In this document: one piece after another, positions 1-9,607 of the stretch
How positions within the stretch are numbered: position 1 is the first letter of the stretch
How the letters are laid out: each line of letters starts with the position of its first letter
Assembly: GCA_963729715.1 (NCBI GenBank)
Contig: CAVSPA010000006.1
Location: 135,748-199,747 of the forward strand
Origin: an uncultured delta proteobacterium
GTDB lineage: Bacteria; Desulfobacterota; Syntrophia; Syntrophales; UBA2185
DNA: 64,000 nucleotides
Direction of reading: 5' to 3'
The notes under the pieces: model-generated
Database searches by the model: none
Seen by the model: only the letters and a program-made list of their open reading frames with translations
Told to the model about the DNA's origin: nothing
Translations under genes and position numbers: made by a program

Positions 1-774
1 CAGCAAGTTTAGTTCACCCGCTAAATATGCTCTTTTCAAATCGGCAGGAAGTCCCTTGAATGGTTCAAAGTTCAAAAGATATTTAACACCTTTCAATGAC
101 ATTCCCCGATGCCAGGTCAAGGGCGATGCCCAAACCGGCCGCAGATTATCGTGTGGATCATCCTCCTCAAAAATGCGAAAGCCGGAACCATGGAGATCAG
201 ATAATTTCTCAAAGGGTTCGCCGTAGGCGGCATGGAGAAGTGTTCTAATAAAATCCATTCCTCTTTCTGATGGTAGCTCACTGCCCTCAGAGGTGAAAAA
301 ACTCTTCCAAAAAGGACGGGCGGGCCCCTGCTCACTGCCGCCAAAGAATGTCCACCGTCTCCTGCCCTTGTCGTCATGGGTGAGAGAAAGAGCAAGCGGC
401 AGAAGCAAAACGAAGCGTTCATGATTTAACTTTCCCGCCTGCTTGGCAAGTTCCGGCGGCCAGTAAGGGTTATTGACCAATTTGCTCTTGGCAATGTGTT
501 TAGCGGGTTCCCCGCGAGCCAGATGAACCAAAGACTCCAGAACCTGGCGGGCGATATTTTCCAGCCCCGGACGCAATTCGTAATATTCTTCAAACTCTGT
601 GACCGGGAAACCATAAGGGTTCTCTTCAGAGAAGAAGCCGTGTATCCTCCCGCCGTAAGGGCTGCAGCCTAAATGGATCGGCGGCATGAACTCAGAATAA
701 GCCGCTATCGGGTGTTGCCCCCGTTCACCTGACGAACAACTTTTTATCAGACTCTTCCAACCCATGAGTGGCAT
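1..774 (-). CDS. hypothetical protein, N-terminal ~258 aa; gene runs off the window start
   Basis: Manual translation of the minus strand from ATG (forward 772-774) gives an uninterrupted, protein-like frame (MPLMGWKSLIKSCSSGERGQHPIAAYSEFMPP...EFEEYYELRPGLENIARQVLESL...) through position 1. It is absent from the ORF track only because it has no stop inside the window. The track ORFs 117-422 and 426-614 are other frames of the same DNA. Confidence 0.45.
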   Translation of the reverse strand, partial: MPLMGWKSLIKSCSSGERGQHPIAAYSEFMPPIHLGCSPYGGRIHGFFSEENPYGFPVTEFEEYYELRPGLENIARQVLESLVHLARGEPAKHIAKSKLVNNPYWPPELAKQAGKLNHERFVLLLPLALSLTHDDKGRRRWTFFGGSEQGPARPFWKSFFTSEGSELPSERGMDFIRTLLHAAYGEPFEKLSDLHGSGFRIFEEDDPHDNLRPVWASPLTWHRGMSLKGVKYLLNFEPFKGLPADLKRAYLAGELNLL

Positions 775-989
775 TTTATTTTTCTCACTTGTCCCGCGAA
801 GTTTGCCACAGTTGTAACAGATTTTTCCTGATGTTGCATCTTGATTATTGCCATGAGAATTTCCGTATGCTCACTGTAAGATCGGCCTTAACAGTTTCAG
901 CTTTCCATAAGGAAGAGGGGTGAGGACATGGTACTCTCGATCTGTTAAAGTTGAATATCACAAACAACAAAAGCAGAAAGGAGAAGTGA

Positions 990-1304
990 CCATGTCCGAG
1001 AGAGATTATAACAGGCAGGCAGCCAGGCGTCAAAGGATCAGTAAAGCGGGTAGTCGGGGTGGATGTCGGCAAGGCATTCAATGCAGTGGGATTTATGAAC
1101 AAGGACGGCAATGTATTGGGCAGCTATGCGAAGCTGTATAACAACCGGGAAGGGTTTGAGCAGTTTGTAAAGATGATTGAAGGGCTCAAAGCGAAGCATC
1201 GTCTCAGAGACGTCCTTATCGGGATGGAGCCGACGGGGCATTACTGGAGGAAGCTTGCCTATTTCGCGAAAGAGCATGGCTATAAGGAAGCCGCCATTAT
1301 TTAA
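990..1304 (+). pseudogene. IS110-family transposase, N-terminal DEDD-domain remnant (~100 aa, truncated)
   Basis: The frame reads ...KRVVGVDVGKAFNAVGFMNKDGNVLGSYAKLYNNREGFEQFVKMIEGLKAKHRLRDVLIGMEPTGHYWRKLAYFAKEHGYKEAAII*. This matches the conserved IS110 N-terminus (VGIDVSK...GMEPTGHYW). There is no ATG, only GTG at 1059, and a stop after ~100 codons where intact proteins run 330-400 aa. Confidence 0.6.
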
Positions 1305-1492
1305 ATGAATCTTCCCGATTTCTCCACCCTTGCAGTCAACAATCGTTGAGAAAGTAAAAGGTAGAGCCAGTCTTGACTCTGCCTTCGCATCCGATTTTTC
1401 TTGACTTTGCGACGCAACTGCCTTAGGCTACGCGCACAGGAAGCGCCGCCTAGTAGGCTGCTTAATGATCAACGCAGACATTTTGAAGTGCG

Positions 1493-1540
1493 AGAAATAG
1501 CCGCCATGCTCTTCGGAATTTTGGCGGCTATTTTATGTCT
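1493..1540 (+). terminator. 11-bp-stem hairpin (AATAGCCGCCA / TGGCGGCTATT) followed by TTTTATG
   Basis: Perfect 11-bp inverted repeat with a 15-nt loop and a T-rich tail, between the IS110 remnant and the DUF374 gene. It could be a terminator or a 5' leader structure. Confidence 0.3.
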
Positions 1541-1559
1541 GTATTAAAAGGAGATCCTG

Positions 1560-2207
1560 TTGCTGAAAAAATATCGATATATGCTGACTGGTAAGATTGA
1601 AGGTTCTTTTTATCACCTCATCCGCGCCTACAGCTGGACATTTCGACTACACATCGAAAACGAGAAGCCCTGGCAGGAGTATCTGCAGAATGGCGGCCGG
1701 GTTCTCTTGTGCTGCTGGCACCAAATCTTCTTCTCTGCCATACGCCACTTCAAGACCTATGCCTCGTATCATCCCGCGCTGATGATCAGCCAGAGCAAAG
1801 ACGGCGACATCGTCGCCGGTATCGCCGAGAAATCCGGCTGGCATGCAGTGCGGGGATCATCCTCACGAGATGGGGGCCGCGCCCTGAAAGAAATGATTGC
1901 TCACCTGAGATTATCGGGTCTTGCCGCTCACGTCGTGGACGGTCCGAAGGGGCCGGCCGGGGTCATCAAGGCCGGGGTGGTCAGCCTGGCGCGAGCCACC
2001 GGCGCCGTTGTTGTTCCAATCTACGCGACATCCGACCGTGCCTGGTATTTTAACAGCTGGGATCACTTCATGCTGCCGAAGCCTTTTGCGAGAGTGAACC
2101 TGCGCTTTGGCGAGATGCTGGATCTCACCTCCGGGGCGAGCGACAAGGATTTTGAACTCCAACGCGTCCGACTCCAGGAGATCATGCAACCCGGCCTACT
2201 CACTTGA
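1560..2207 (+). CDS. DUF374-family lysophospholipid acyltransferase-like protein
   Basis: 215-aa ORF with a TTG start and AAAAGGAG 6 nt upstream. Sequence ...LLCCWHQIFFSAIRHFKTYASYHPALMISQSKDGDIVAGIAEKSGWHAVRGSSSRDGGRALKEM... is typical of DUF374/LPLAT proteins found near lipid A/Kdo genes. Confidence 0.7.
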   Translation: MLKKYRYMLTGKIEGSFYHLIRAYSWTFRLHIENEKPWQEYLQNGGRVLLCCWHQIFFSAIRHFKTYASYHPALMISQSKDGDIVAGIAEKSGWHAVRGSSSRDGGRALKEMIAHLRLSGLAAHVVDGPKGPAGVIKAGVVSLARATGAVVVPIYATSDRAWYFNSWDHFMLPKPFARVNLRFGEMLDLTSGASDKDFELQRVRLQEIMQPGLLT

Positions 2208-2224
2208 TCCGTGCCTTGCCCTTA

Positions 2225-3700
2225 AATTCTTGTAATCTTCACAACCCGATTTTACACCTTCATTATAGATTTTAAATGGTATTCATGGTAGCTTGTGTTT
2301 ACAAAAGGAAAATCGTACTGTCAATTTGATTGTGTGAATTTTTCATAGGCCACTTCTTGAAAGAAGGGCAGGTTCTTTTGCACTTTTCCTACGGGGTTTG
2401 ATCTCCAATGCAGTTCCATTTTTAAAGAGATAAAGGCCAGAAGACGATAGCAGGCAGACTCTCCGGCCAATATCTCCATGGACTTTGTTCTCCGTTTAAA
2501 TTCCTTGTTCAGCCGTTCAATGATATTTGTGGTTCTCAATGAAATCCACTCTTCCTTGGGGAAGTTGAAAAAAGATAAACATGCGTCAATGGATCTTTCT
2601 AAACAACTTACGGCAGAAGGGATATCCTTCTCCCATTTTCTTTTGAAGATTTCAAAAAATTCCAGCGCCGTCTCCTTCGAAGAGGCATAGAAAATGGTTC
2701 TTACATCATTCGCCACAGCCTGTTTCAGTTTCTTAGGCACCTTCACCAGAACATTCCGGGCAACATGGACCTGGCAGCGTTGGACCTTGGCCTTGGGAAA
2801 TTCTTCTTCAAAGACAGATTCCAGTCCTGATAAACCATCCATGATCCCCAAGACGACTCTCTGGCCATCCAATCCACGAACTTTCAAATCCTTGAAGAAT
2901 TCCCTCCAGGAGGAAGCAGACTCTTTGTCCCCGGCCTGCAAACCCACAACCAGCTTGTTACCTCCTTCTGTAACACCAATGGCCACCAGAACAGGTATTA
3001 ACTCAATGCTTCTTCCCACACGCATACGGAAATTCACACCATCCACAAAGAGATATTTGATGGGTTCCTGGGATAGATCTCTCATCCTCCACTTCTCAAC
3101 GGCCTCTGTCAGATCAGTATTTGCGTGGCTGATCTCTGTATGGGAAATACGCCGCCCGATCAATCTACGGGAGATCATGGAAAGACTCCGGGTACTGATT
3201 CCCGTTAAAAACATCAGGCTTAAATCCCGGCTTATCTCTTCCTCGTACTGCTTGCTCCGGGGAATAACATTGGTCTTAAAATCACCCTCCCGGTCTCGGG
3301 GAATTTTGACCTGTACCTCCCCAATGTCTTTTAATGTGAAGCTACGATCATAGGTGCCATTGCGATGATTTACCTCGCCCTTACCACGTTCATAGGGTTC
3401 TCTCCCCAGAAAATGGGTGAGCTCCGCATTCATCAGCGCTGTCAGATATTGCCCAACGGTCTTTTTGATGTCCAATCGCACCATCTCAAAAAGTTGCTCC
3501 GGCTGCTCCTGAATCTCCTTGAAAATCTCCTTAACTTCGGTTACTGTAATTTCCAGTTTCATGGCGCTTTCTCCTTTCTCTCAGGTTTTGGGATAAACCC
3601 TTGTAAAGGAAAAGCGCCTTTTTTTCTACCCTTTGAAATTCACACAAATTATTTTACACTGCCGGAAAATATAAGATGACTTGGTCACTTCCCCTCCAAT
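2225..3700 (-). mobile_element. IS256-family insertion sequence (boundaries approximate)
   Basis: Intact Mutator/IS256-type transposase ORF. Inverted 12-15 bp match TTGTGTGAATTT at 2327-2344 versus 3639-3656. The element ends could not be fixed without other copies. Confidence 0.6.
2321..3562 (-). CDS. IS256-family transposase
   Basis: 413 aa: ...YLFVDGVNFRMRVGRSIELIPVLVAIGVTEGGNKLVVGLQAGDKESASSWREFFKDLKVRGL...VHVARNVLVKVPKKLKQAVANDVRTIF...NIIERLNKEFKRRTK. Canonical IS256 transposase motifs. Confidence 0.9.
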   Translation of the reverse strand: MKLEITVTEVKEIFKEIQEQPEQLFEMVRLDIKKTVGQYLTALMNAELTHFLGREPYERGKGEVNHRNGTYDRSFTLKDIGEVQVKIPRDREGDFKTNVIPRSKQYEEEISRDLSLMFLTGISTRSLSMISRRLIGRRISHTEISHANTDLTEAVEKWRMRDLSQEPIKYLFVDGVNFRMRVGRSIELIPVLVAIGVTEGGNKLVVGLQAGDKESASSWREFFKDLKVRGLDGQRVVLGIMDGLSGLESVFEEEFPKAKVQRCQVHVARNVLVKVPKKLKQAVANDVRTIFYASSKETALEFFEIFKRKWEKDIPSAVSCLERSIDACLSFFNFPKEEWISLRTTNIIERLNKEFKRRTKSMEILAGESACYRLLAFISLKMELHWRSNPVGKVQKNLPFFQEVAYEKFTQSN

Positions 3701-3802
3701 GCTTATCATAAACTTCTATCGCTTATTCTAACCAACCTCTTTTCTCAAAAGAGATGAGCAATCTTCTTTTCCGAACGCTATTCAACTTCTTGAGGGTTTA
3801 AT

Positions 3803-6800
3803 ATGGAAGACAAGAATAAAACTAAAGAACAACTAATCGAAGAACTCAATGAACTGCGTCAATGCGTGGCTGAATTGAAAGGTTCTGCAGAGGAAATTAA
3901 GCGAGCAAGAGTTAATCAAGAGAAGTTCACAGAAGCTTTTCTGCAGAATTCAATTCCCGTGGGCATCACTACATTAAAGGAAGGCAGATTTGTCGATGTC
4001 AGCAATGCTTTCCTTAAACTCATGGGACGTAAACGGGAAGAAGTGGTCGGATATACATCGATAGATATCGGATTTATTACCGAAGAGCAGAGAGTTACAT
4101 TTTTCGATGAATTAAATAAGAAAGGTCGAGTCGAAAACCTCGAAATGAAAGTCGGAACAGAAGGCGGAGCGTTGAGAGATGGATTATTCAATGCCGTCAC
4201 GATGAATCTTCATGATGAAGGGTATTTGCTGACTGTCATGACAGACATCTCCGAGCGGAAGCGTATGGAGGAAACGTTAATAGAGAGCGAAGGGCGGCTT
4301 ATGCAGGCACAGGCTATCGCTCATCTCGGAAGCTGGGAGATTGATCTGACAAATCAGACGATGTGGGCATCGGAAGAAGCCTTCCGTATCTATGGCATAG
4401 AATACACCGGGCCTGCATCTGCCTACATGCCCCTGGCAGAAGCTCAAGAAGTCGTTCATCCGGAAGACCGTCCGAGAATGGACAACGCGTTAAAGGCGCT
4501 ATTGCAGGAAAATAGGATATATGATCAGGAATTTCGGATATTCCGGGCCAACGATGGCGAATTGAGGGTGATCCATTCACGGGCAGATCTATTATTTTCA
4601 GAAGAAAGACTTCCAGTGAAGGTATTCGGAACAATACAAGATATTACCGACCGCAAGCAGGCAGAGGAAAAGTTACGGGAGAGCGAGGAGAGATACAGGC
4701 ATCTTGTCAAGCATGCGCCTGCTGGTATCTACGAGGTCGATTTTACAACGCTGAAGCTGTTGAGCGTAAACGATGCAATGTGTCGGTACACAGGCTATAC
4801 CAGAGAAGAATTTCTGTCGATGGACCCCATGCAATTGCACACCGAGGAAAGTCTGAAATCCCTTATACAAAGGCATGCCAACATTCTTGCAGGAGAGCCG
4901 GTCCCGGACAGTATCGAATATCAGCTGAAGCGCAAGGATGGCAGTGAGTTCTGGGCTCTTCTCAATAACCGCTTCTCCTACGGACCGAACAATCGGATCA
5001 CTTCGACGGTCATCGTGCATGACATCACTGAGAGCAAGAGGGCGCAGGACGCACAGATAGAGCAGCTCAACTTTCTGCAAGTGCTCATGGATACCATTCC
5101 GATTCCAGTATTCTTCAAGGACACCAAGGGTATTTACCTGGGATGCAATCGGGCTTGTGAGACCTTCTTTGGCCCAAGAGATCAATTGGTCGGGAAGACT
5201 GTATATGATGTCTCGCCAAAAGATATTGCAGACGTCTATTACCGAGCCGACCTCGAATTATTTAACAATCCCGGTATTCAAATTTATGAGACTGTCGCCA
5301 CCGACAAGACAGGAGCAAGGCACAATGTCATTTTTGACAAAGCCACATATCAGGATAAGAATGGAAATCTGGCTGGGTTGATCGGAGCAATAGTCGACAT
5401 TACCGACCGCAAGCGGGCGGAGGATGCCCTGCAGGCGAGTGAGGAAAAATACCGGGCCATCATCGAAAATATGCAAGAGGGCTACCATGAAGTAGACCTC
5501 AATGGTAACTTTACGTTCGTCAACGAGTCGACGTGCAGGATGTTGGGCTATGAGAGAGAAGAGTTGTTGGGGATGAATTACCGCCAATATGCGGATGAAG
5601 AAGATAACCGCAAGGTCTATCAAGTTTACAACCGGGTTTACCAAACCGGCGAACCGGTAGAGAACTTTGAGTGGCAGATTATTAGGAAGGACGGAGATCG
5701 CAGAGACATCGAAGTTTCCATTTCACTCATCAGAGACATGGATGATAATCCGACCGGATTCCGGGGCATCGTACGCGACACCACCGACCGCAAGCGGGCG
5801 GAACAGGAACTAGAAAAAGCGGAAAAAAGATACCGTAGCATCTTCGAAAACGCCATGGAAGGAATTTACCAGAGCACACCAGGTGGACGTTTTCTCCAGG
5901 TGAATCCTGCAATGGCGAGAATCTATGGCTACGACTCCCCTGATGATATGGAGCACAGCGTCACGGACATTGCCAAACAGGTGTACGTGAATCCGGATGA
6001 TAGGAAGTATCTGAAAGAAATACTTGAAAAGAATGACCACATTGAAAAGAATGAATATCAGGTACGCAGAAAAAATGGAGATGAAATCTGGGTTTCCAAT
6101 AATGCCCGCGCGGTGCGTGATAACGACGAGAATATCCTGTATTTCGAAGGACTTGTACAAGATATTACCGAGCGCAAGCAGACGGAGGAGGCACTCAGGA
6201 AAAGTGAAGCAAATTTTCAGCGTATTTTTGATGAATCACCCATCGGGGCTGCCATAGTTGCGCCTGATTACCGCTTCACCCGCGTGAACGAAGCCATGTG
6301 TCGCATGATGGGATATTCGCAGGAGGAATTCGCATCGCTGAGATTCCACGATATCACTCACCCGGACCACCTGGGCAGTGATGCAGAACAGGTCCGGCGT
6401 CTGGCGTCAGGAGAGACAGAGAGGTACGAGACGGAAAAAAGGTATATCCGCAAAGACGGGAATATCATCTGGGGGAAGCTGTCGGTACAGGCGATAAGAG
6501 ACGCAAGAGAACAGATTCTTTATTTTCTGCCGATGGTAGTGGATATCACCATACGTAAAAAAATGGAAGAAACGCTAAAGGCAGAACGCGAACGCCTCGC
6601 CTCGATCCTCGATGGGATTCCCGTTCCAACATTAGTTATTGACCGCAAGCGTCATGTTCTCCTATGGAACAGCAACAACGAAATATATACCGGTATTGCA
6701 AAGGAAGAAGTGTTGGGGAAGCCCTTGGATCTGAGTTCTATCTTTCGGGATAAAGTCTCTCCCACAGTGGCAGAATTAATAATGGAAATGGGAGACGAGG

Positions 6801-8152
6801 AATTGATCGCCAGATTCGGGATGCGTGGTTTGCGTAAAAGTGAAGTTCAACCGCACGCTTTCGAAAGTACAGGACGGATTTGGATTAGAGGAGAAGAAAA
6901 GGTCATCATCGTACAGGCAGCGAGGATTTTTGATACCAATGGAAAAGTAGTCGGTGCCATTCAAACAGCGCAGGACATTACGGATCGCACCCGGCTTGAG
7001 GCGCAATTGCGTCAGGCCCAGAAGATGGAAGCCATCGGGACACTTGCCGGCGGAATTGCCCACGACTTTAACAATATTCTCAGCGCAGTTTTAGGCTATA
7101 CGGAAATGGCCCTTGGGGAACCCAAGCTGGACAGCCATCTCCGGCGTTATCTTGATCAGGTATTCAAGGCTGGAGAGCGGGCAAGAGACCTGGTGAAACA
7201 GATACTCTCCTTCAGCCGCCAGAGCGACGAAAGACCGCGCCCCCTGAGGGTCAGCCCCATCGTAAAAGAAGTAATGAAGCTCCTCAGGGCATCCCTGCCA
7301 TCGACAATAAGGATACGCCAGGATGTCCAATCCGAACCGGACACAGTGCTGGCGGATCCCGCTCAGATCCATCAAATACTGATGAATCTCTGTACCAACG
7401 CAGCATACGCCATGCGAGGGAGACAAGGCGAATTGAAAATGAGTCTCATCCCGATGAATGTCGAACCGCCAGACGATCTGATTATTCATCATGACCTATT
7501 CCCTGGCAGGTATCTCAAATTGACCGTAGGCGATACGGGGGTCGGTATAGATAAAGAGATCATGGGCCGGATATTTGATCCCTTTTTTACAACCAAAAAA
7601 CTAGGTGAGGGAACCGGCCTGGGGCTTTCCGTAGTCTATGGCATCGTAAAAAGCTATGGAGGCGCAATTACCGTGCAAAGCGAGATGGGAAAAGGGACCG
7701 AATTCAACGTATACCTCCCCTTGCTGACTGAAATTGAGAGTAAACAGGAAGCGAAGGTCGAGGTGCCTATTCCTGGAGGGAAAGAGCGCATCCTTTTTGT
7801 GGATGATGAGGCAGCCCTGGTTCAGCTTGCAACGGACATATTGAGCGCTCTGGGGTATGAAGTTACAGGCAGGACAAGCAGCTTGGATGCCTTGGAACTC
7901 TTTCGGACCCGCCCTGACAGTTTTGACCTTGTGATCACTGATATGACCATGCCGAACATGACGGGAAGTGAACTTGCCCAGCAGCTCATGCGCATCCGTC
8001 CCGATATCCCCGTCATCCTCTGCACTGGATTCAGTGAAGCAGTGACACTGGAAAAGGCACGGGCGATCGGTGTGAAGGAGTTTATCATGAAACCCATTGT
8101 TCAGCGTCAGATAGCTGAAGCCATAAGGCGCGTGCTAGATAAGAAGGAATAG
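3803..8152 (+). CDS. hybrid sensor histidine kinase/response regulator with ~8 PAS/PAC domains
   Basis: 1449 aa. Repeated PAS/PAC units each end in DITDRK(R/Q)AE. HisKA H-box IAHDFNNILSAVLGYTEMAL; HATPase G-boxes GDTGVGIDKEIMGRIFDPFFTTK and GTGLGLSVVYGIV; C-terminal receiver ILFVDDEAALV...DLVITDMTMPNMTG. Confidence 0.9.
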   Translation: MEDKNKTKEQLIEELNELRQCVAELKGSAEEIKRARVNQEKFTEAFLQNSIPVGITTLKEGRFVDVSNAFLKLMGRKREEVVGYTSIDIGFITEEQRVTFFDELNKKGRVENLEMKVGTEGGALRDGLFNAVTMNLHDEGYLLTVMTDISERKRMEETLIESEGRLMQAQAIAHLGSWEIDLTNQTMWASEEAFRIYGIEYTGPASAYMPLAEAQEVVHPEDRPRMDNALKALLQENRIYDQEFRIFRANDGELRVIHSRADLLFSEERLPVKVFGTIQDITDRKQAEEKLRESEERYRHLVKHAPAGIYEVDFTTLKLLSVNDAMCRYTGYTREEFLSMDPMQLHTEESLKSLIQRHANILAGEPVPDSIEYQLKRKDGSEFWALLNNRFSYGPNNRITSTVIVHDITESKRAQDAQIEQLNFLQVLMDTIPIPVFFKDTKGIYLGCNRACETFFGPRDQLVGKTVYDVSPKDIADVYYRADLELFNNPGIQIYETVATDKTGARHNVIFDKATYQDKNGNLAGLIGAIVDITDRKRAEDALQASEEKYRAIIENMQEGYHEVDLNGNFTFVNESTCRMLGYEREELLGMNYRQYADEEDNRKVYQVYNRVYQTGEPVENFEWQIIRKDGDRRDIEVSISLIRDMDDNPTGFRGIVRDTTDRKRAEQELEKAEKRYRSIFENAMEGIYQSTPGGRFLQVNPAMARIYGYDSPDDMEHSVTDIAKQVYVNPDDRKYLKEILEKNDHIEKNEYQVRRKNGDEIWVSNNARAVRDNDENILYFEGLVQDITERKQTEEALRKSEANFQRIFDESPIGAAIVAPDYRFTRVNEAMCRMMGYSQEEFASLRFHDITHPDHLGSDAEQVRRLASGETERYETEKRYIRKDGNIIWGKLSVQAIRDAREQILYFLPMVVDITIRKKMEETLKAERERLASILDGIPVPTLVIDRKRHVLLWNSNNEIYTGIAKEEVLGKPLDLSSIFRDKVSPTVAELIMEMGDEELIARFGMRGLRKSEVQPHAFESTGRIWIRGEEKVIIVQAARIFDTNGKVVGAIQTAQDITDRTRLEAQLRQAQKMEAIGTLAGGIAHDFNNILSAVLGYTEMALGEPKLDSHLRRYLDQVFKAGERARDLVKQILSFSRQSDERPRPLRVSPIVKEVMKLLRASLPSTIRIRQDVQSEPDTVLADPAQIHQILMNLCTNAAYAMRGRQGELKMSLIPMNVEPPDDLIIHHDLFPGRYLKLTVGDTGVGIDKEIMGRIFDPFFTTKKLGEGTGLGLSVVYGIVKSYGGAITVQSEMGKGTEFNVYLPLLTEIESKQEAKVEVPIPGGKERILFVDDEAALVQLATDILSALGYEVTGRTSSLDALELFRTRPDSFDLVITDMTMPNMTGSELAQQLMRIRPDIPVILCTGFSEAVTLEKARAIGVKEFIMKPIVQRQIAEAIRRVLDKKE

Positions 8153-8200
8153 CTGCAGGCAGAGTAGTGCCGCCCCGCAAGTTTTATGCGATTCAAACTA

Positions 8201-8236
8201 AAAAAGGCAGAGCCATTTCTGGCGCTGCCTTTTTGT
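8201..8236. terminator. bidirectional rho-independent terminator between convergent genes
   Basis: AAAAAAGGCAGAGCC-ATTTCT-GGCGCTGCCTTTTTG: stem-loop with an A-run before and a T-run after, lying between the hybrid kinase (+) and the RRM gene (-). Confidence 0.6.
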
Positions 8237-8281
8237 CGATAAGATTAGAAGATGCAGTGAAGCAAATTACCTTCACCCCTC

Positions 8282-8611
8282 TTAGTATCTGCGACCACCT
8301 CCACCGAATCCGCCTCTTGATCCTCCACCACCTCGGCCGGAATCTCTTCTCGGACCTCCCTCTCTCTTGGGTTTGGCCTCATTCACAACAATTACATTGC
8401 CGTCAAGCTTTCCACCGTTGAACATTTCAATGGCTTTACGCGCGCCTTCCTCGGTTTCCATTTCCACGAATCCGAATCCCTTGGACTGCTTCGTGTAATT
8501 GTCTTTGATAACATTCACTGTAGTTACTGTTCCCGCCGTAGCGAAATTTTCCTTTAGGACATCTTCGGTAGCATTCGCCGTAAGATTGCCTACATATAAA
8601 TTCTTATTCAT
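8282..8611 (-). CDS. RRM-domain RNA-binding protein with glycine-rich tail
   Basis: 109 aa: LYVGNL (RNP-2), KGFGFVEM (RNP-1), C-terminal GGGGSRGGFGGGGRRY. Confidence 0.85.
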   Translation of the reverse strand: MNKNLYVGNLTANATEDVLKENFATAGTVTTVNVIKDNYTKQSKGFGFVEMETEEGARKAIEMFNGGKLDGNVIVVNEAKPKREGGPRRDSGRGGGGSRGGFGGGGRRY

Positions 8612-8690
8612 TTATTTTTCCTCTCATTTTAATTGTTAATGGTTCTTATGAACCCCGCGTCAACGATCACCGGTACGCAGGATCATTGGC

Positions 8691-8732
8691 AAAAACAAAA
8701 AGGCACTCACACTATTATATTTCGGAGTGCCT
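8691..8732 (-). terminator. rho-independent terminator after the cold-shock gene
   Basis: On the minus strand, AGGCACTC-loop-GAGTGCCT is followed by TTTTGTTTTT, directly after the cold-shock protein stop. Confidence 0.55.
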
Positions 8733-8752
8733 CTTGTTTGGTTCCCGTGAGC

Positions 8753-8953
8753 TTATAACGCTTTCACATTCTCTGCTGCCGGGCCTTTCTTGCCCTGGAC
8801 AACATCAAAGCTGACGCGCTGACCTTCATTTAAAGTCTTGAAGCCCTCGGCTTGAATGGCGCTGTGATGAACAAACAAATCGCCGCCTTCATCGTTTTCG
8901 ATGAAACCAAAGCCTTTATGTTCATTAAACCACTTTACTTTACCTTCTGACAT
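8753..8953 (-). CDS. cspA: cold-shock protein (CspA family)
   Basis: 66 aa: [63 protein letters not shown], the canonical CSD. Confidence 0.95.
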   Translation of the reverse strand: MSEGKVKWFNEHKGFGFIENDEGGDLFVHHSAIQAEGFKTLNEGQRVSFDVVQGKKGPAAENVKAL

Positions 8954-9213
8954 AGCTTTAATCCTCCTTTCTCAAATATTCTCTTAAGTCGGATTTTCAC
9001 TATGACAGAAAGTAAAAAACCGCCGATACTCTAAAAAGCATGGCGGCCATCCTTTGCAATTCAAAATGTCGAAATCCAAACTTACTTAGTAGTCATAGTA
9101 TAGGCAGCCTATCCTCAGAAGTCAAGGATTAATATTTAATTCTTTCAATCATGTGTTTTATCTCTCAAGTCGTTGCAAATGAACAACATCTTCCCGAAGT
9201 TTTGTTTTTCCAA

Positions 9214-9233
9214 TTTTGCACGTCTGTGCAAAA
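9214..9233. promoter_or_regulatory. perfect palindrome TTTTGCAC-GTCT-GTGCAAAA, ~260 nt upstream of the cold-shock gene
   Basis: 8-bp perfect inverted arms read directly in the sequence. A regulator site or cold-shock leader structure is possible. Confidence 0.25.
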
Positions 9234-9343
9234 TTTTAACCCGTTATCGCGGCAAAATAGAAGGTAGAACCAATTTAACTCTGCCTGGAATAAAGAAAGA
9301 ATAAACATTTGGCGGTTAATTTAGACGCACGGTATTGTTTTGC

Positions 9344-9490
9344 TCAGGCGTCGCCAAGTTCCTCCATACGTTTCCGTTCGGCCTGCTTCTTTTCACGGAT
9401 CAGCCTATCGCGTTCTTGCATGCACTGACGGCAGAACCGGGTATATCCGCACTGTCCTTTACAGTTCTCCCAGTCGCCAATGGAATCCAT
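9344..9490 (-). CDS. small Cys-rich protein (48 aa), possible zinc ribbon
   Basis: Manual translation MDSIGDWENCKGQCGYTRFCRQCMQERDRLIREKKQAERKRMEELGDA* with a CxxxC...CxxC pattern. It lies 118 nt downstream of the histidine kinase on the same strand. It falls below the ORF-track size cutoff and has a weak RBS. Confidence 0.35.
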   Translation of the reverse strand: MDSIGDWENCKGQCGYTRFCRQCMQERDRLIREKKQAERKRMEELGDA

Positions 9491-9607
9491 CGTTTTTTTT
9501 CAGTCAACTTTTCTTCCGCCGGATCAAGTTCGTTAACGTTAGCGGATATGGTAGCAAATCTTTTTGCCCATTTCAACCGGCGAGCCCAGCACGATCAAGG
9601 AGTAAGA

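Noticed and set aside
117-614. Track ORFs 117-422 and 426-614 (minus)
   Set aside because: They are alternative frames of a longer, protein-like minus-strand ORF (1-774) that is missing from the track only because it runs off the window edge.
2478-3679. Plus-strand ORFs 2478-2690, 2694-3353 and 3365-3679
   Set aside because: Antisense to the clearly conserved IS256 transposase. Low-complexity, Ser/Thr/Arg-rich products.
3916-8097. Numerous minus-strand ORFs inside 3803-8152
   Set aside because: All are antisense to the 1449-aa PAS kinase, whose frame is continuously conserved.
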